From the NCBI RefSeq assembly GCF_006345805.1, contig NC_043009.1, forward strand, positions 57,164,001 through 57,228,000: 64,000 nucleotides of DNA. Direction: 5' to 3'. The DNA comes from Octopus sinensis. Its lineage: Eukaryota. The notes below the pieces were generated by a model. That model was not told where the DNA came from, ran no database searches, and saw only the letters and a program-made list of their open reading frames with translations. Positions 26,156 to 39,934 of the stretch are shown piece by piece. The position numbers and the translations under genes were made by a program. Each line of letters begins with the position of its first letter. Position 1 is the stretch's first letter.

Positions 26156-27016
26156 TGGTTGGAAAATGTGGATAAGGAAAATTCAAGGAACGCAGATCAT
26201 ATTTATAGTTTTTATAAAGAAATTCAGATCACCTTCCCACACTTAAACTTTTTTCAGGTTGTATTTAAAATCATACCTATACTTACTTTAAAATCACTCT
26301 TTCAAAAACATAGCCATATGTTTTAAAAATAATAAAAACTTGACCACATTCATAAACCATTCACCACACCCTTACATTAGTGAATACAAAAGATTTTAAA
26401 AAACAAGACTTGAAATGTGATTATTATTCTTACTTTCAAAAACAACATCTGGTCTTCTATTAAAAACCTCGACCACTTGAATAAATAAAATCCTTCCCTT
26501 CCCCACCCAAAAGGTTACTAAAAAGGAAAAAAAACAACATATTGAGTCAAGCAAGATTGATCACACTGACACACAAAAACCACACCTCCTTTACCTCCCC
26601 ACCCTCCCAAACGTTTTTCTTCTTTCTTTCCTTCCTCTGCAAAACCCCAAAACATTTCTACTTTCTTTTCTCTTCTCTATCTTCATTATCTCTCACTCTC
26701 TACTCCTCTCTTACCCCTGCTCCTGCACTCCTATTTGTTCCTATCTTTCCCCTACCTCACTCTTCCCCATCAGTTTCAATTTTATAAATCAAAAAAGGCG
26801 AAGCAAACTTACTGTAAACCAATTTTTGGGTAAATCCGATAACGGAAGAAAGCGCTTAAAAATGTATATAAAAATATTATCATTCTCAATATGCAATATC
26901 TGTGCATCACTTTAAAAAACTCTCTACATATATATGCATACACACACACACTCGAGCATATTTATAAACCTCCATATGAGTATTAACCAGTACATATATA
27001 TATATATAATATATAT

Positions 27017-27072
<56 letters not shown>

Positions 27073-27811
27073 CCTGCTCGCTAGCCAGCGGGTGGGGCGT
27101 CATTGAAGGCTAAAACAATGCGAAGCGCATTGTGAACAGCGATGTGTAGCAACATCTGATAACCTGGTCGGTCACGGTGATCATGGTGATATATATATAT
27201 ATATATATGCGTATATGTGTGTGTGTACATATATATGTGTATATATATATTGTAGTTAAGGGATCCCATATTAACTCATAGATTTGATCGAAAATGTCTG
27301 TGTGTGTGTATGTGTGCGTGTGTGTGTGTGTGTGTGTGTATTATGAAAGTTTTCGGCTACTAACCTGCGTTAACGCAATAATTTGCATCCATACAATTCC
27401 TTTTAGTCTGCTATGCTGCTGGTTGTACAAGTTTCAAAAGTATAAAACTATCTGATTTATTAAGCATGGCTATTTGGGCGCCCTTCTTTTTGCCATCCTC
27501 ACACACACACACACACACACACGTAGCCAGTGAGGTAGCATCATTCTAAATTTACAAGTTGAGAAGCGCATTGTGACCAGCGGTGCGTAACAACATCAGA
27601 TAGGCGGCGAGCTGGCAGAAACGTTAGCACGCCGGGCGAAATGCGTAGCCGATTTCGTGCTGCCATTACGTTCTGAGTTCAAATTCCGCCGAGGTCGACT
27701 TTGCCTTTCGTCCTTTCGGGGTCGATAAATTAAGTGCCAGTAACGCACTGGGGTCGATATAATCGACTTAATCCGTTTTGTATCCTGTTTGTCCCCTCTA
27801 TGTTTAGCCCC

Positions 27812-28026
27812 ATGTTCCAGTTGATCAACTATATTTCACATATGAACTTAACCTAATAAATCCATTATTTTGGAGGTTTTTTTTATCACACATACATACA
27901 TACATATACATACATACATACATACATTTTCTGGCACTCCGTCGGTTACGACGACGAATGTTCTAGTTGATCAACTATATTTCACATATGAACTAACATA
28001 ATAAATCCATTATTTTGGAGGTTTTT

Positions 28027-28058
<32 letters not shown>

Positions 28059-28335
28059 CATACATACATACATACATACATACATACATACATACATACA
28101 TTCTGGTACTCCGTCGGTTACGACGACGAATGTTCCAGTTGATCAACTATATTTCACATATGAACTTAACCTAATAATCCATTATTTTGGAGGTTTTTTT
28201 AACATACATACATACATACATACATACATAAATACATTCTGGCACTCCGTCAGTTACGACGACGAATGTTCCAGTTGATCAACTATATTTCACATATGAA
28301 CTTAACCTAATAAATCCATTATTTTGGAGGTTTTT

Positions 28336-28367
<32 letters not shown>

Positions 28368-28815
28368 CATACATACATACATACATACATACATACATAA
28401 ATACATTCTGGCACTCCGTCGGTTACGACGACGAATGTTCCAGTTGATCAACTATATTTCACATATGAACTTACCTAATAAATCCATTATTTTGGAGGTT
28501 TTTTTTACATACAACATACATACATACATACATACATACATACTACATACATACATACATACATACATACATTCTGGCACTCCGTCGGTACGACGACGAA
28601 TGTTCCAGTTGATCAACTATATTTCACATATGAACTTAACCTAATAAATCCATTATTTTGGAGGTTTTTTTTACATACACATACATACATACATACATAC
28701 ATACATACATAATACATTCTGGCACTCCGTCGGTTACGACGACGAATGTTCCAGTTGATCAACTATATTTCACATATGAACTTAACCTAATAAATCCATT
28801 ATTTTGGAGGTTTTT

Positions 28816-28847
<32 letters not shown>

Positions 28848-28910
28848 CATACATACATACATACATACATACATTCTGGCACTCCGTCGGTTACGACGAC
28901 GAATGTTCCA
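27812..28910 (+). repeat. Minisatellite array 2 (7 units)
   Basis: Same unit as array 1. Confidence 0.95.
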
Positions 28911-29318
28911 TCACCCCCTTTTGATCATCCCATTATCATCCCACATTTCTTCAATGCCCCCTGTAATTGAAAATCCAGAAAGTCCAAGCGATAAAATTAT
29001 TCTTTGGAGAGTATATAAATGCGCGCGTGGTAGGCCCAGGGCTGTAGTAGAAAACACTTTCCTAAGGTACCGCGAAGTGAGACAGAACCAAAGACCACAT
29101 GGTTTGAAAAGAGCCTCTTGGAAGGCACGTGTTTAAATGAATACACATTTACCCCTCGTGTATGTATGTATGTATGTATGTATGTATGTATGTATGTATG
29201 TATGTATGTATGTATGTATGTATGTATGTATGTATGCATGTATGTATGCATGTATGTATGTATGTATGTATGTATGTATGTATGTATGTATGTATGTATG
29301 TATGTATGTATGTATGTA

Positions 29319-29349
<31 letters not shown>

Positions 29350-29767
29350 ATGTATGTATGTATGTATGTATGTATGTATGTATGTATGTATTTATGTATG
29401 TATGTATGTATGTATGTATGTATGTATGTATGTATGTATGTATGTATGTATGTATTTATGTATGTATGTATGTGTGTGTATGTATGTATGTATGTATGTG
29501 TGTATGTATTTATGTATGTATGTATGTATTTATGTATGTATGTATGTATTTATGTATGTATGTATGTGTGTATGTATGTGTGTATGTATGTATGTATGTA
29601 TGTATGTATGTATTTATGTATGTATGTATGTATGTATTTATGTATGTATGTATGTATGTATGTATGTATGTATGTATGTATGTATGTATGTATGTATGTA
29701 TGTATGTATGTATGTATGTATGTATGCACGCATGCATGTATGTATGGCGGAGTGGGGATGATATTTG

Positions 29768-30488
29768 GGATCTTTTCCTTTTGAACGGCAGTTTGTAACA
29801 TAATTTCTAGGTAACTAAAAAGTTTTAAACTTCGTATACTGGTAGAATGTGTTTATAAAACATCATTTTCTCTTGGTTTTATTGAGAAAATTCTATAGTT
29901 TGTAAGATATTTCGTCTGAAAATCCGAGCATTTCGGCAATTTTAACCAATCGATTACCTCCATTGAACTAAAATCATTTGCTGCGTCTAAAACTGAAACA
30001 ACATCCTGTCACTAACCCTCAACCTAACCCTAACCCTAATTTTTTTTCTTAGTTGTTAAATTAATTTGTTACGCGTGTAAAAAAAAAACGAAAGCAATGG
30101 AAAATAATTTAAACAATTAACAAACAAAATAATTCTATAATTTTGTTTGTTAATTGTTTAAATTATTTTCCATTGCTTTAGTTTTTTTTACACGCGTAAC
30201 AATTAAATTAATTTAACAATTAAGAAAAAAAATTAGGGTTAGGGTTAGGTTGAGGGTTAGTGACAGGATGTTGTCTCAGTTTTAGACGCAGTAAATGATT
30301 TTAGCTCAAAAGAGAGCATAGGATTGGTTAAAATTCGAAAAATTAAACTTCGTTAAACAAACAAATTACAATTTTCTCAAGAAAGCCAAGAGAAAAAAAT
30401 GTTTTATTTTGACACATTCTACCAGTATACGAAGTTTTAAAGAGTATAGTTAACTAGAAATTGTCTGCCGTTCAAAAGGAAAAGATCC
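29768..30488. mobile_element. ~720-bp palindromic MITE, Merlin-like (copy 2)
   Basis: gatatttg|ggatcttttccttttgaacggcag...ctgccgttcaaaaggaaaagatcc|gatatttg. Confidence 0.9.
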
Positions 30489-30694
30489 GATATTTGTTAA
30501 GAGAATTCCCTGTTCGATGGCTAATTCTCATGAAGATCTTATGATCAAAGCGTCTCTGTCGCCAACAACCTGTTTTACATTCATATCATATACCCAATGT
30601 GTCCATTCAATTTTAGGACAGCAGGGTGTGTTTCGAGAGAAATTTCAGAGAAATATCGTTCGAAGGTCGTTGATACATTTATGGTCGTTGACAC

Positions 30695-31565
30695 ATTTGA
30701 ACATGATCAGCTGTATGCGAATGCATGCAATCAAACCTACCAATACTCTTACAGAGCCCCCAAATGAGAAACCTGATAGATAAAAGCTATCTACAAAATA
30801 GTAAATGTCAGGGGAAAAAAACAACCTTAAAAACAATTCTCAAGAGCAAAATTCACATCAGAGAATGAAACAGAATTCTCCGTAAAAGAATGTGGAGATA
30901 GCAGATGTGGAATATGCAACAACAACGATGACTTCAAAATATATTGATGGGGACACCCACATAAAATTCAAGAGTGGATTCTCGTTTAACGTAAATGCAA
31001 ATATGACCTGCAAGACACAAAATCTCATCTACTACATTTCTTGCCCCAAATGTAAGGAGAATTATATTGGCGAAACGCGCAAGAATCCACAGGCAGCAAA
31101 TGTTACAAGAGGAACTACGGAAACTTCCACTGAGCAAACATTTGGAAATATGTGGAGAAGGAAAATCCAAGATCCTCCCCGGATCTTTTCATTTTCAAGG
31201 CCTGATTGTCAGATTTTTCTAGTTAACTAAATAATTTGAAACTTCGTATACTGGTAGAGTGTCTCAAAAGAAAACACTAGTTTCAACTTGTTTATTTGAG
31301 AAAAATCTATTTTATAACTTTAAACGTAGATTAAAATCTGCGAATTTTAACCAATCGTATTGTTTGTTTTCATTTGAAATAATTAACTATTCTACCAGTA
31401 TACGAAGTTTCAAATTGTTTGGTTAAGTAGGAAAAATCTGACAAATCAGGCCTTGAAAATGAAAAGATCCTCTTCCCCTTCTATAAATGCTCAAGAAACG
31501 ACCCAAACTTCCGAAAGACAATGGAACTATATTTCATAAAGAAGCTCTCACCAAAATTAAACGGT
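30695..31565 (+). pseudogene. Penelope GIY-YIG remnant (copy 2), MITE at 31181-31470
   Basis: MTCKTQNLIYYISCPKCKENYIGET. Confidence 0.85.
31181..31470. mobile_element. 290-bp MITE related to the 720-bp MITE (also 25774-26061, 36785-37073, 42087-42375)
   Basis: TIR ggatcttttcattttcaaggcc; 8-bp TSD tcctcccc/tcttcccc; shares aaacttcgtatactggtaga. Confidence 0.85.
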
Positions 31566-32438
31566 TGGTTTGGAAATATGGGGATAAGGAAAATTCAAGG
31601 AACGCAGATCATATTTATAGTTTTTTAAAAAGAAGTTCAGATCACTTTCCCACACTTAAACTTTTTTCAGGTTGTATTTAAAATCATACCTATACTTTAA
31701 AATCACTCTTTCAAAAACATAGCCATATGTTTTAAAAATAATAAAAACTTGACCACATCCATACAACCATTCTCCACACCCTTACATTAGTGAATACAAA
31801 AGAATTTAAAAAACAAGACCTTGAAATGTGGTTATTATTCTTACTGGAGAAGATCAAAAACAACATCTGGTCTTCCTATTAAAAACCTAGACCACTTGAA
31901 TAAATAAAATTCCTTCCCTTCCCCACCCAAAAGGTTACTAAAAAGGAAAAAAAATACCATATTGAGTCAAGCAAGATTGATCACCCTGGCACACAAAAAC
32001 CACACCTCCTTTACCTCCCCACCCTCCCAAACGTTTTTCTTCTTTCTTTTCCTTTCCTTTGCAAACCCCAAAACATTCCTACTTTCTTTTCTCTTCTCTA
32101 TTTTCATTATCTCTCACTCTCCACTCCTCTCTTACCCCGGCTCCTTCCCTTCTATTTTGTTCCTCTCTTCCCCTTACCTCACTCTTCCCCATTTCTCCCC
32201 CTCTCTAAAACATTATCAGTTTCAATTTTATAAATATAAAAAAAGGCGAAGCAAACTTAGTGTAAACCAATTTTTTGATAAATCCGATAACGGAAGAAAG
32301 CGCTAAAAATGGAAATAAAAATACTTTATCATTCTCAATATGCAATATCTGTGCATCACTTCAAAACCTCTCTACATATATATGCATAGACACACACACA
32401 CAAGCATATTTATAAACCTATATATGAGTATATAACCA

Positions 32439-32480
<42 letters not shown>

Positions 32481-32602
32481 CTAAGATGATCTGGTTCTTG
32501 ACTGATGACTGAGGGCTTCGAATGTCCCGTCCTGTGGTTCTTGTGTCGTCTCTGTGGTGTTTCATGTTCTTGTCCATGTCTGTAATTATTTTTACTGTTA
32601 CC

Positions 32603-32686
<84 letters not shown>

Positions 32687-32879
32687 ATATATATATATGT
32701 GTATGTATGTATGTATGTGTGTGGTGTGTGTGTGGTATATATATATATATATATATATATATTGGCCTGCTCGCTTAGCCAGCGGGGTGGCGTCATTTGA
32801 AGGCTAAAACAATGCGAAGCGCATTGTGACCAGCGATGTGTAGCAACATCTGATAACCTGGTCGGTCACGGTGATTACG

Positions 32880-32931
<52 letters not shown>

Positions 32932-33511
32932 TATATGTGTGTGTGTACATATATATGTGTATATATATATATTGTAGATAAGGGATCCCATATTAACTCA
33001 TACATTTGATCGAAAATGTGTGTGTGTGTGTGTGTATTATGAAAGTTTTCGGCTACACCTGCGTTAACGCAATAATTTGCATCCATACAATTCCTTTTAG
33101 TCTGCTATGCTGCTGGTTGTACAAGTTTCAAAAGTATAAAACTATCTTGATTTATTAAGCATGGCTATTTGGGCGCCCTTCTTTTTGCCATCCTCACACA
33201 CACACAGACACACACACACGTAGCCAGTGAGGTAGCATCATTCTAAATTTACAAGTTGAGAAAGCGCATTGTGACCAGCGGTGCGTAACAACATCAGATA
33301 GGCGGCGAGCTGGCAGAAACGTTAGCACGCCGGGCGAAATGCGTAGCCGTATTTCGTCTGCCATTACGTTCTGAGTTCAAATTCCGCCGAGGTCGACTTT
33401 GCCTTTCGTCCTTTCGGGGTCGATAAATTAAGTGCCAGTAACGCACTGGGGTCGATATAATCGACTTAATCCGTTTGTCTATCCTTGTTTGTCCCCTCTA
33501 TGTTTAGCCCC

Positions 33512-33581
33512 ATGTTCCAGTTGATCAACTATATTTCACATATGAACTTAACCTAATAAATCCATTATTTTGGAGGTTTTT

Positions 33582-33613
<32 letters not shown>

Positions 33614-33745
33614 CATACATACATACATACATACATACATACATACATTCTGGCACTCCGTCGGTTACGACGACGAATGTTCCAGTTGATCAACTATATT
33701 TCACATATGAACTTAACCTAATAAATCCATTGTTTTGGAGGTTTT

Positions 33746-33777
<32 letters not shown>

Positions 33778-33898
33778 CATACATACATACATACATACAT
33801 TCTGGTACTCCGTCGGTTACGACGACGAATGTTTCAGTTGATCAACTATATTTCACATATGAACTTAACCTAATAAATCCATTATTTTGGAGGGTTTT

Positions 33899-33930
<32 letters not shown>

Positions 33931-34051
33931 CATACATACATACATACATACATTCTGGCACTCCGTCGGTTACAACGACGAATGTTCCAGTTGATCAACT
34001 ATATTTCACATATGAACTTAACCTAATAAATCCATTATTTTGGAGGTTTTT

Positions 34052-34083
<32 letters not shown>

Positions 34084-34191
34084 CATAAATACATTCTGGC
34101 ACTCCGTCAGTTACGACGACGAATGTTCCAGTTGATCAACTATATTTCACATATGAACTTAACCTAATAAATCCATTATTTTGGAGGTTTT

Positions 34192-34223
<32 letters not shown>

Positions 34224-34368
34224 CATACATACATACATACATACATACATACATACATACATAAATACATTCTGGCACTCCGTCGGTTACGACGACGAAT
34301 GTTCCAGTTGATCAACTATATTTCACATATGAACTTAACCTAATAAATCCATTATTTTGGAGGTTTTT

Positions 34369-34400
<32 letters not shown>

Positions 34401-34533
34401 CATACATACATACATACATACATACATACATACATTCTGGCACTCCGTCGGTTACGACGACGAATGTTCCAGTTGATCAACTATATTTCACATATGAACT
34501 TAACCTAATAAATCGATTATTTTGGAGGTTTTT

Positions 34534-34565
<32 letters not shown>

Positions 34566-34648
34566 CATACATACATACATACATACATACATACATACAT
34601 ACATACATACATTCTGGCACTCCGTCGGTTACGACGACGAATGTTCCA
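33512..34648 (+). repeat. Minisatellite array 3 (7 units)
   Basis: Same unit as array 1. Confidence 0.95.
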
Positions 34649-35375
34649 TCACCCCCTTTTGATCATCCCATTATCATCCCACATTTCTTCAATGCCCCCT
34701 GTAATTGAAAATCCAGAAAGTCCAAGCGATAAAATTATTCTTTGGAGAGTATATAAATGCGCGCGTGGTAGGCCCAGGGCTGTAGTAGAAAACACTTTCC
34801 TAAGGTACCGCGAAGTGAGACAGAACCAAAGACCACATGGTTTGAAAAGAGCCTCTTGGAAGGCACGTGTTTAAATGAATACACATTTACCCCTCGTGTA
34901 TGTATGTATGTATGTATGTATGTATGTATGTATGTATGTATGTATGTATGTATGTATGTATGTATATATGTATGCATGCATGCATGTATGTATGTATGTA
35001 TGTATGTATGTATGTATGTATGTATGTATGTATGTATGTATGTATGTATGTATGTATGTGTGTGTGTGTGTATGTTTGTATGTATGTATGTATGTATGTA
35101 TGTATGAATGTATGTATGTATTTATGTATGTATGTATGTATGTATGTGTGTATGTATGTATGTATGTATGTATTTATGTATGTATGTATGTATGTGTGTA
35201 TGTATGTATGTATGTATGTATGTATGTATGTATGTATGTATGTATTTATGTATGTATGTATGTATGTATTTATGTATGTATGTATGCATGTATGTATGTA
35301 TGTATGTATGTATGTATGTATGTATGTATGTATGTATGCATGCATGTATGTATGGCGGAGTGGGGATGATATTTG

Positions 35376-36092
35376 GGATCTTTTCCTTTTGAACGGCAGT
35401 TTGTAACATAATTTCTAGGTAACTAAAAAGTTTTAAACTTCGTATACTGGTAGAATGTGTTTATAAAACATCATTTTCTCTTGGTTTTATTGAGAAAATT
35501 CTATAGTTTGTAAGATATTTCGTCTGAAAATCCGAGCATTTCGGCAATTTTAACCAATCGATTACCTGCATTGAACTAAAATCATTTGCTGCGTCTAAAA
35601 CTGAAACAACATCCTGTCACTAACCCTCAACCTAACCCTAACCCTAATTTTTTTCTTAGTTGTTAAATTAATTTGTTACGCGTGTAAAAAAAAAACGAAA
35701 GCAATGGAAAATAATTTAAACAATAACAAACAAAATAATTCTATAATTTGTTTGTTAATTGTTTAAATTTTTCCATTGCTTTAGTTTTTTTTACACGCGT
35801 AACAATTAAATTAATTTAACAATTAAGAAAAAAAAATTAGGGTTAGGGTTAGGTTGAGGGTTAGTGACAGGATGTTGTCTCAGTTTTAGACGCAGTAAAT
35901 GATTTTAGCTCAAAAGAGAGCATAGGATTGGTTAAAATTCGAAAAATTAAACTTCGTTAAACAAACAAATTACAATTTTCTCAAGAAAGCCAAGAGAAAA
36001 AAATGTTTTATTTTGACACATTCTACCAGTATACGAAGTTTTAAAGAGTATAGTTAACTAGAAATTGTCTGCCGTTCAAAAGGAAAAGATCC
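35376..36092. mobile_element. ~720-bp palindromic MITE (copy 3)
   Basis: Same TIR and TSD. Confidence 0.9.
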
Positions 36093-36299
36093 GATATTTG
36101 TTAAGAGAATTCCCTGTTCGATGGCTAATTCTCATGAAGATCTTATGATCAAAGCGTCTCTGTCGCCAACAACCTGTTTTACATTCATATCATATACCCA
36201 ATGTGTCCATTCAATTTTAGGACAGCAGGGTGTGTTTCGAGAGAAATTTCAGAGAAATATCGTTCGAAGGTCGTTGATACATTTAAGGTCGTTGACACA

Positions 36300-37168
36300 T
36301 TTTGAACATGATCAGCTGTATGCGAATGCATGCAATCAAACCTACCAATACTCTTACAGAGCCCCCAAATGAGAAACCTGATAGATAAAAGCTATCTACA
36401 AAATAGTAAATGTCAGGGAAAAAAAACCCTTAAAAAACAATTCTCAAGGGCAAAATTCACATCAGAGAATGAAACAGAATTCTCCGTAAAAGAATGTGGA
36501 GATAGCAGATGTGGAATATGCAACAACAACGATGACTTCAAAATATATTGATGGGGACACCCACATAAAATTCAAGAGTGGATTCTCGTTTAACGTAAAT
36601 GCAAATATGACCTGCAAGACACAAAATCTCATCTACTGCATCACTTGCCCCAAATGTAAGGAGAATTATATTGGCGAAACGCGCAAGAATCCACAGGCAG
36701 CAAATGTTACAAGAGGAACTACGGAAACTTCCACTGAGCAAACATTTGGAAATATGTGGAGAAGGAAAATCCAAGATCCTCCCCGGATCTTTTCATTTTC
36801 AAGGCCTGATTGTCAGATTTTTCTAGTTAACTAAATAATTTGAAACTTCGTATACTGGTAGAGTGTCTCAAAAGAAAACACTAGTTTCAACTTGTTTATG
36901 TGAGAAAAATGTATTTTATAACTTTAAACGTAGATTAAATCTGCGAATTTTAACCAATCGTATTGTTTGTTTTCATTTGAAATAATTAACTATTCTACCA
37001 GTATACGAAGTTTCAAATTGTTTGGTTAAGTAGGAAAAATCTGACAAATCAGGCCTTGAAAATGAAAAGATCCTCTTCCCCTTCTATAAATGCTCAAGAA
37101 ACGACCCAAACTTCCGAAAGACAATGGAACTATATTTCATAAAGAAGTTCTCACCAAAATTAAACGGT
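36300..37168 (+). pseudogene. Penelope GIY-YIG remnant (copy 3), MITE at 36785-37073
   Basis: SRAKF...ECGDSRCGIC...MTCKTQNLIYCITCPKCKENYIGET...FPFYKC...ELYFIKKFSPKLNG. Confidence 0.85.
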
Positions 37169-38013
37169 TGGTTTGGAAATATGTGGATAAGGAAAATTCA
37201 AGGAACGCAGATCATATTTATAGTTTTTTATAAAGAAATTCAGATCACCTTCCCACACTTAAACTTTTTTCAGGTTGTATTTAAAATCATACCTATACTT
37301 ACTTTAAAATCACTCTTTCAAAAACATAGCCATATGTTTTAAAAATAATAAAAACTTGACCACATTCATACAACCATTCACCACACCCTTACATTAGTGA
37401 ATACAAAGATTTTAAAAAACAAGACCTTGAAATGTGATTATTATTCTTACTTTCAAAAACAACATCTGGTCTTCCTATTAAAAACCTCGACCACTTGAAT
37501 AAATAAAATTCCTTCCCTTCCCCACCCAAAAGGTTACTAAAAAGGAAAAAAAACAACATATTGAGTCAAGCAAGATTGATCACACTGACACACAAAAACC
37601 ACACCTCCTTTACCTCCCCACCCTCCCAAACGTTTTTCTTCTTTCTTTTCCTTTCCTCTGCAAACCCCAAAACATTTCTACTTTCTTTTCTCTTCTCTAT
37701 CTTCATTATCTCTCACTCTCTACTCCTCTCTTACCCCTGCTCCTGCACTCCTATTTTGTTCCTATCTTTCCCCTTACCTCACTCTTCCCCATCAGTTTCA
37801 ATTTTATAAATCAAAAAAGGCGAAGCAAACTTACTGTAAACCAATTTTTGGGTAAATCCGATAACGGAAGAAAGCGCTTAAAAATGTATATAAAAATACT
37901 TTATCATTCTCAATATGCAATATCTGTGCATCACTTTAAAAACTCTCTACATATATATGCATACACACACACACTCGAGCATATTTATAAACCTCCATAT
38001 GAGTATATAACCA

Positions 38014-38093
<80 letters not shown>

Positions 38094-38836
38094 CCTGCTC
38101 GCTTAGCCAGCGGGGTGGCGTCATTTGAAGGCTAAAACAATGCGAAGCGCATTGTGAACAGCGATGTGTAGCAACATCTGATAACCTGGTCGGTCACGGT
38201 GATCATGGTGATATATATATATATATATATGCGTATATATGTGTGTGTGTACATATATATGTGTATATATATATTGTAGTTAAGGGATCCATATTAACTC
38301 ATAGATTTGATCGAAAATGTCTGTGTGTGTGTATGTGTGCGTGTGTGTGTGTGTGTGTGTGTATTATGAAAGTTTTCGGCTACACCTGCGTTAACGCAAT
38401 AATTTGCATCCATACAATTCCTTTTAGTCTGCTATGCTGCTGGTTGTACAAGTTTCAAAAGTATAAAACTATCTTGATTTATTAAGCATGGCTATTTGGG
38501 GCCGCCTCTTTTTGCCATCCTCACACACACACACACACACACACGTAGCCAGTGAGGTAGCATCATTCTAAATTTACAAGTTGAGAAAGCGCATTGTGAC
38601 CAGCGGTGCGTAACAACATCAGATAGGCGGCGAGCTGGCAGAAACGTTAGCACGCCGGGCGAAATGCGTAGCCGTATTTCGTCTGCCATTACGTTCTGAG
38701 TTCAAATTCCGCCGAGGTCGACTTTGCCTTTCGTCCTTTCGGGGTCGATAAATTAAGTGCCAGTAACGCACTGGGGTCGATATAATCGACTTAATCCGTT
38801 TGTCTATCCTTGTTTGTCCCCTCTATGTTTAGCCCC

Positions 38837-38906
38837 ATGTTCCAGTTGATCAACTATATTTCACATATGAACTTAACCTAATAAATCCATTATTTTGGAG
38901 GTTTTT

Positions 38907-38938
<32 letters not shown>

Positions 38939-39051
38939 CATACATACATACATTCTGGCACTCCGTCGGTTACGACGACGAATGTTCTAGTTGATCAACT
39001 ATATTTCACATATGAACTTAACATAATAAATCCATTATTTTGGAGGTTTTT

Positions 39052-39083
<32 letters not shown>

Positions 39084-39224
39084 CATACATACATACATAC
39101 ATACATACATACATACATACATACATTCTGGTACTCCGTCGGTTACGACGACGAATGTTCCAGTTGATCAACTATATTTCACATATGAACTTAACCTAAT
39201 AAATCCATTATTTTGGAGGTTTTT

Positions 39225-39256
<32 letters not shown>

Positions 39257-39361
39257 AATACATTCTGGCACTCCGTCAGTTACGACGACGAATGTTCCAG
39301 TTGATCAACTATATTTCACATATGAACTTAACCTAATAAATCCATTATTTTGGAGGTTTTT

Positions 39362-39393
<32 letters not shown>

Positions 39394-39702
39394 CATACAT
39401 ACATACATACATACATACATACATAAATACATTCTGGCACTCCGTCGGTTACGACGACGAATGTTCCAGTTGATCAACTATATTTCACATATGAACTTAA
39501 CCTAATAAATCCATTATTTTGGAGGTTTTTTTTACATACAAACATACATACATACATACATACATACATACATACATACATACATACATACATACATACA
39601 TACATTCTGGCACTCCGTCGGTTACGACGACGAATGTTCTAGTTGATCAACTATATTTCACATATGAACTTAACCTAATAAATCCATTATTTTGGAGGTT
39701 TT

Positions 39703-39734
<32 letters not shown>

Positions 39735-39843
39735 CATACATACATTCTGGCACTCCGTCGGTTACGACGACGAATGTTCCAGTTGATCAACTATATTTCA
39801 CATATGAACTTAACCTAATAAATCCATTATTTTGGAGGTTTTT

Positions 39844-39898
<55 letters not shown>

Positions 39899-39934
39899 TC
39901 TGGCACTCCGTCGGTTACGACGACGAATGTTCCA
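38837..39934 (+). repeat. Minisatellite array 4 (7 units)
   Basis: Same unit as array 1. Confidence 0.95.

Noticed and set aside
29118-29798. Long MYVC/HTYI-repeat ORFs (also 34856-35409, 40142-40702, 16771-17544)
   Set aside because: Translations of (TATG)n and (TA)n microsatellites; only the first 26 nt of ORF 16916-17533 are coding
32495-32535. CTGATGA as a hammerhead in tandem copy 2
   Set aside because: No GAAA box or convincing stems II/III downstream (reads gaatgt)
21389-39934. Bona fide CRISPR array with the neighbouring GIY-YIG as effector
   Set aside because: Eukaryotic context, ~100-bp repeats, spacers are only (ATAC)n, no cas genes; the GIY-YIG is a frameshifted, MITE-disrupted Penelope fragment and cannot be an active nuclease
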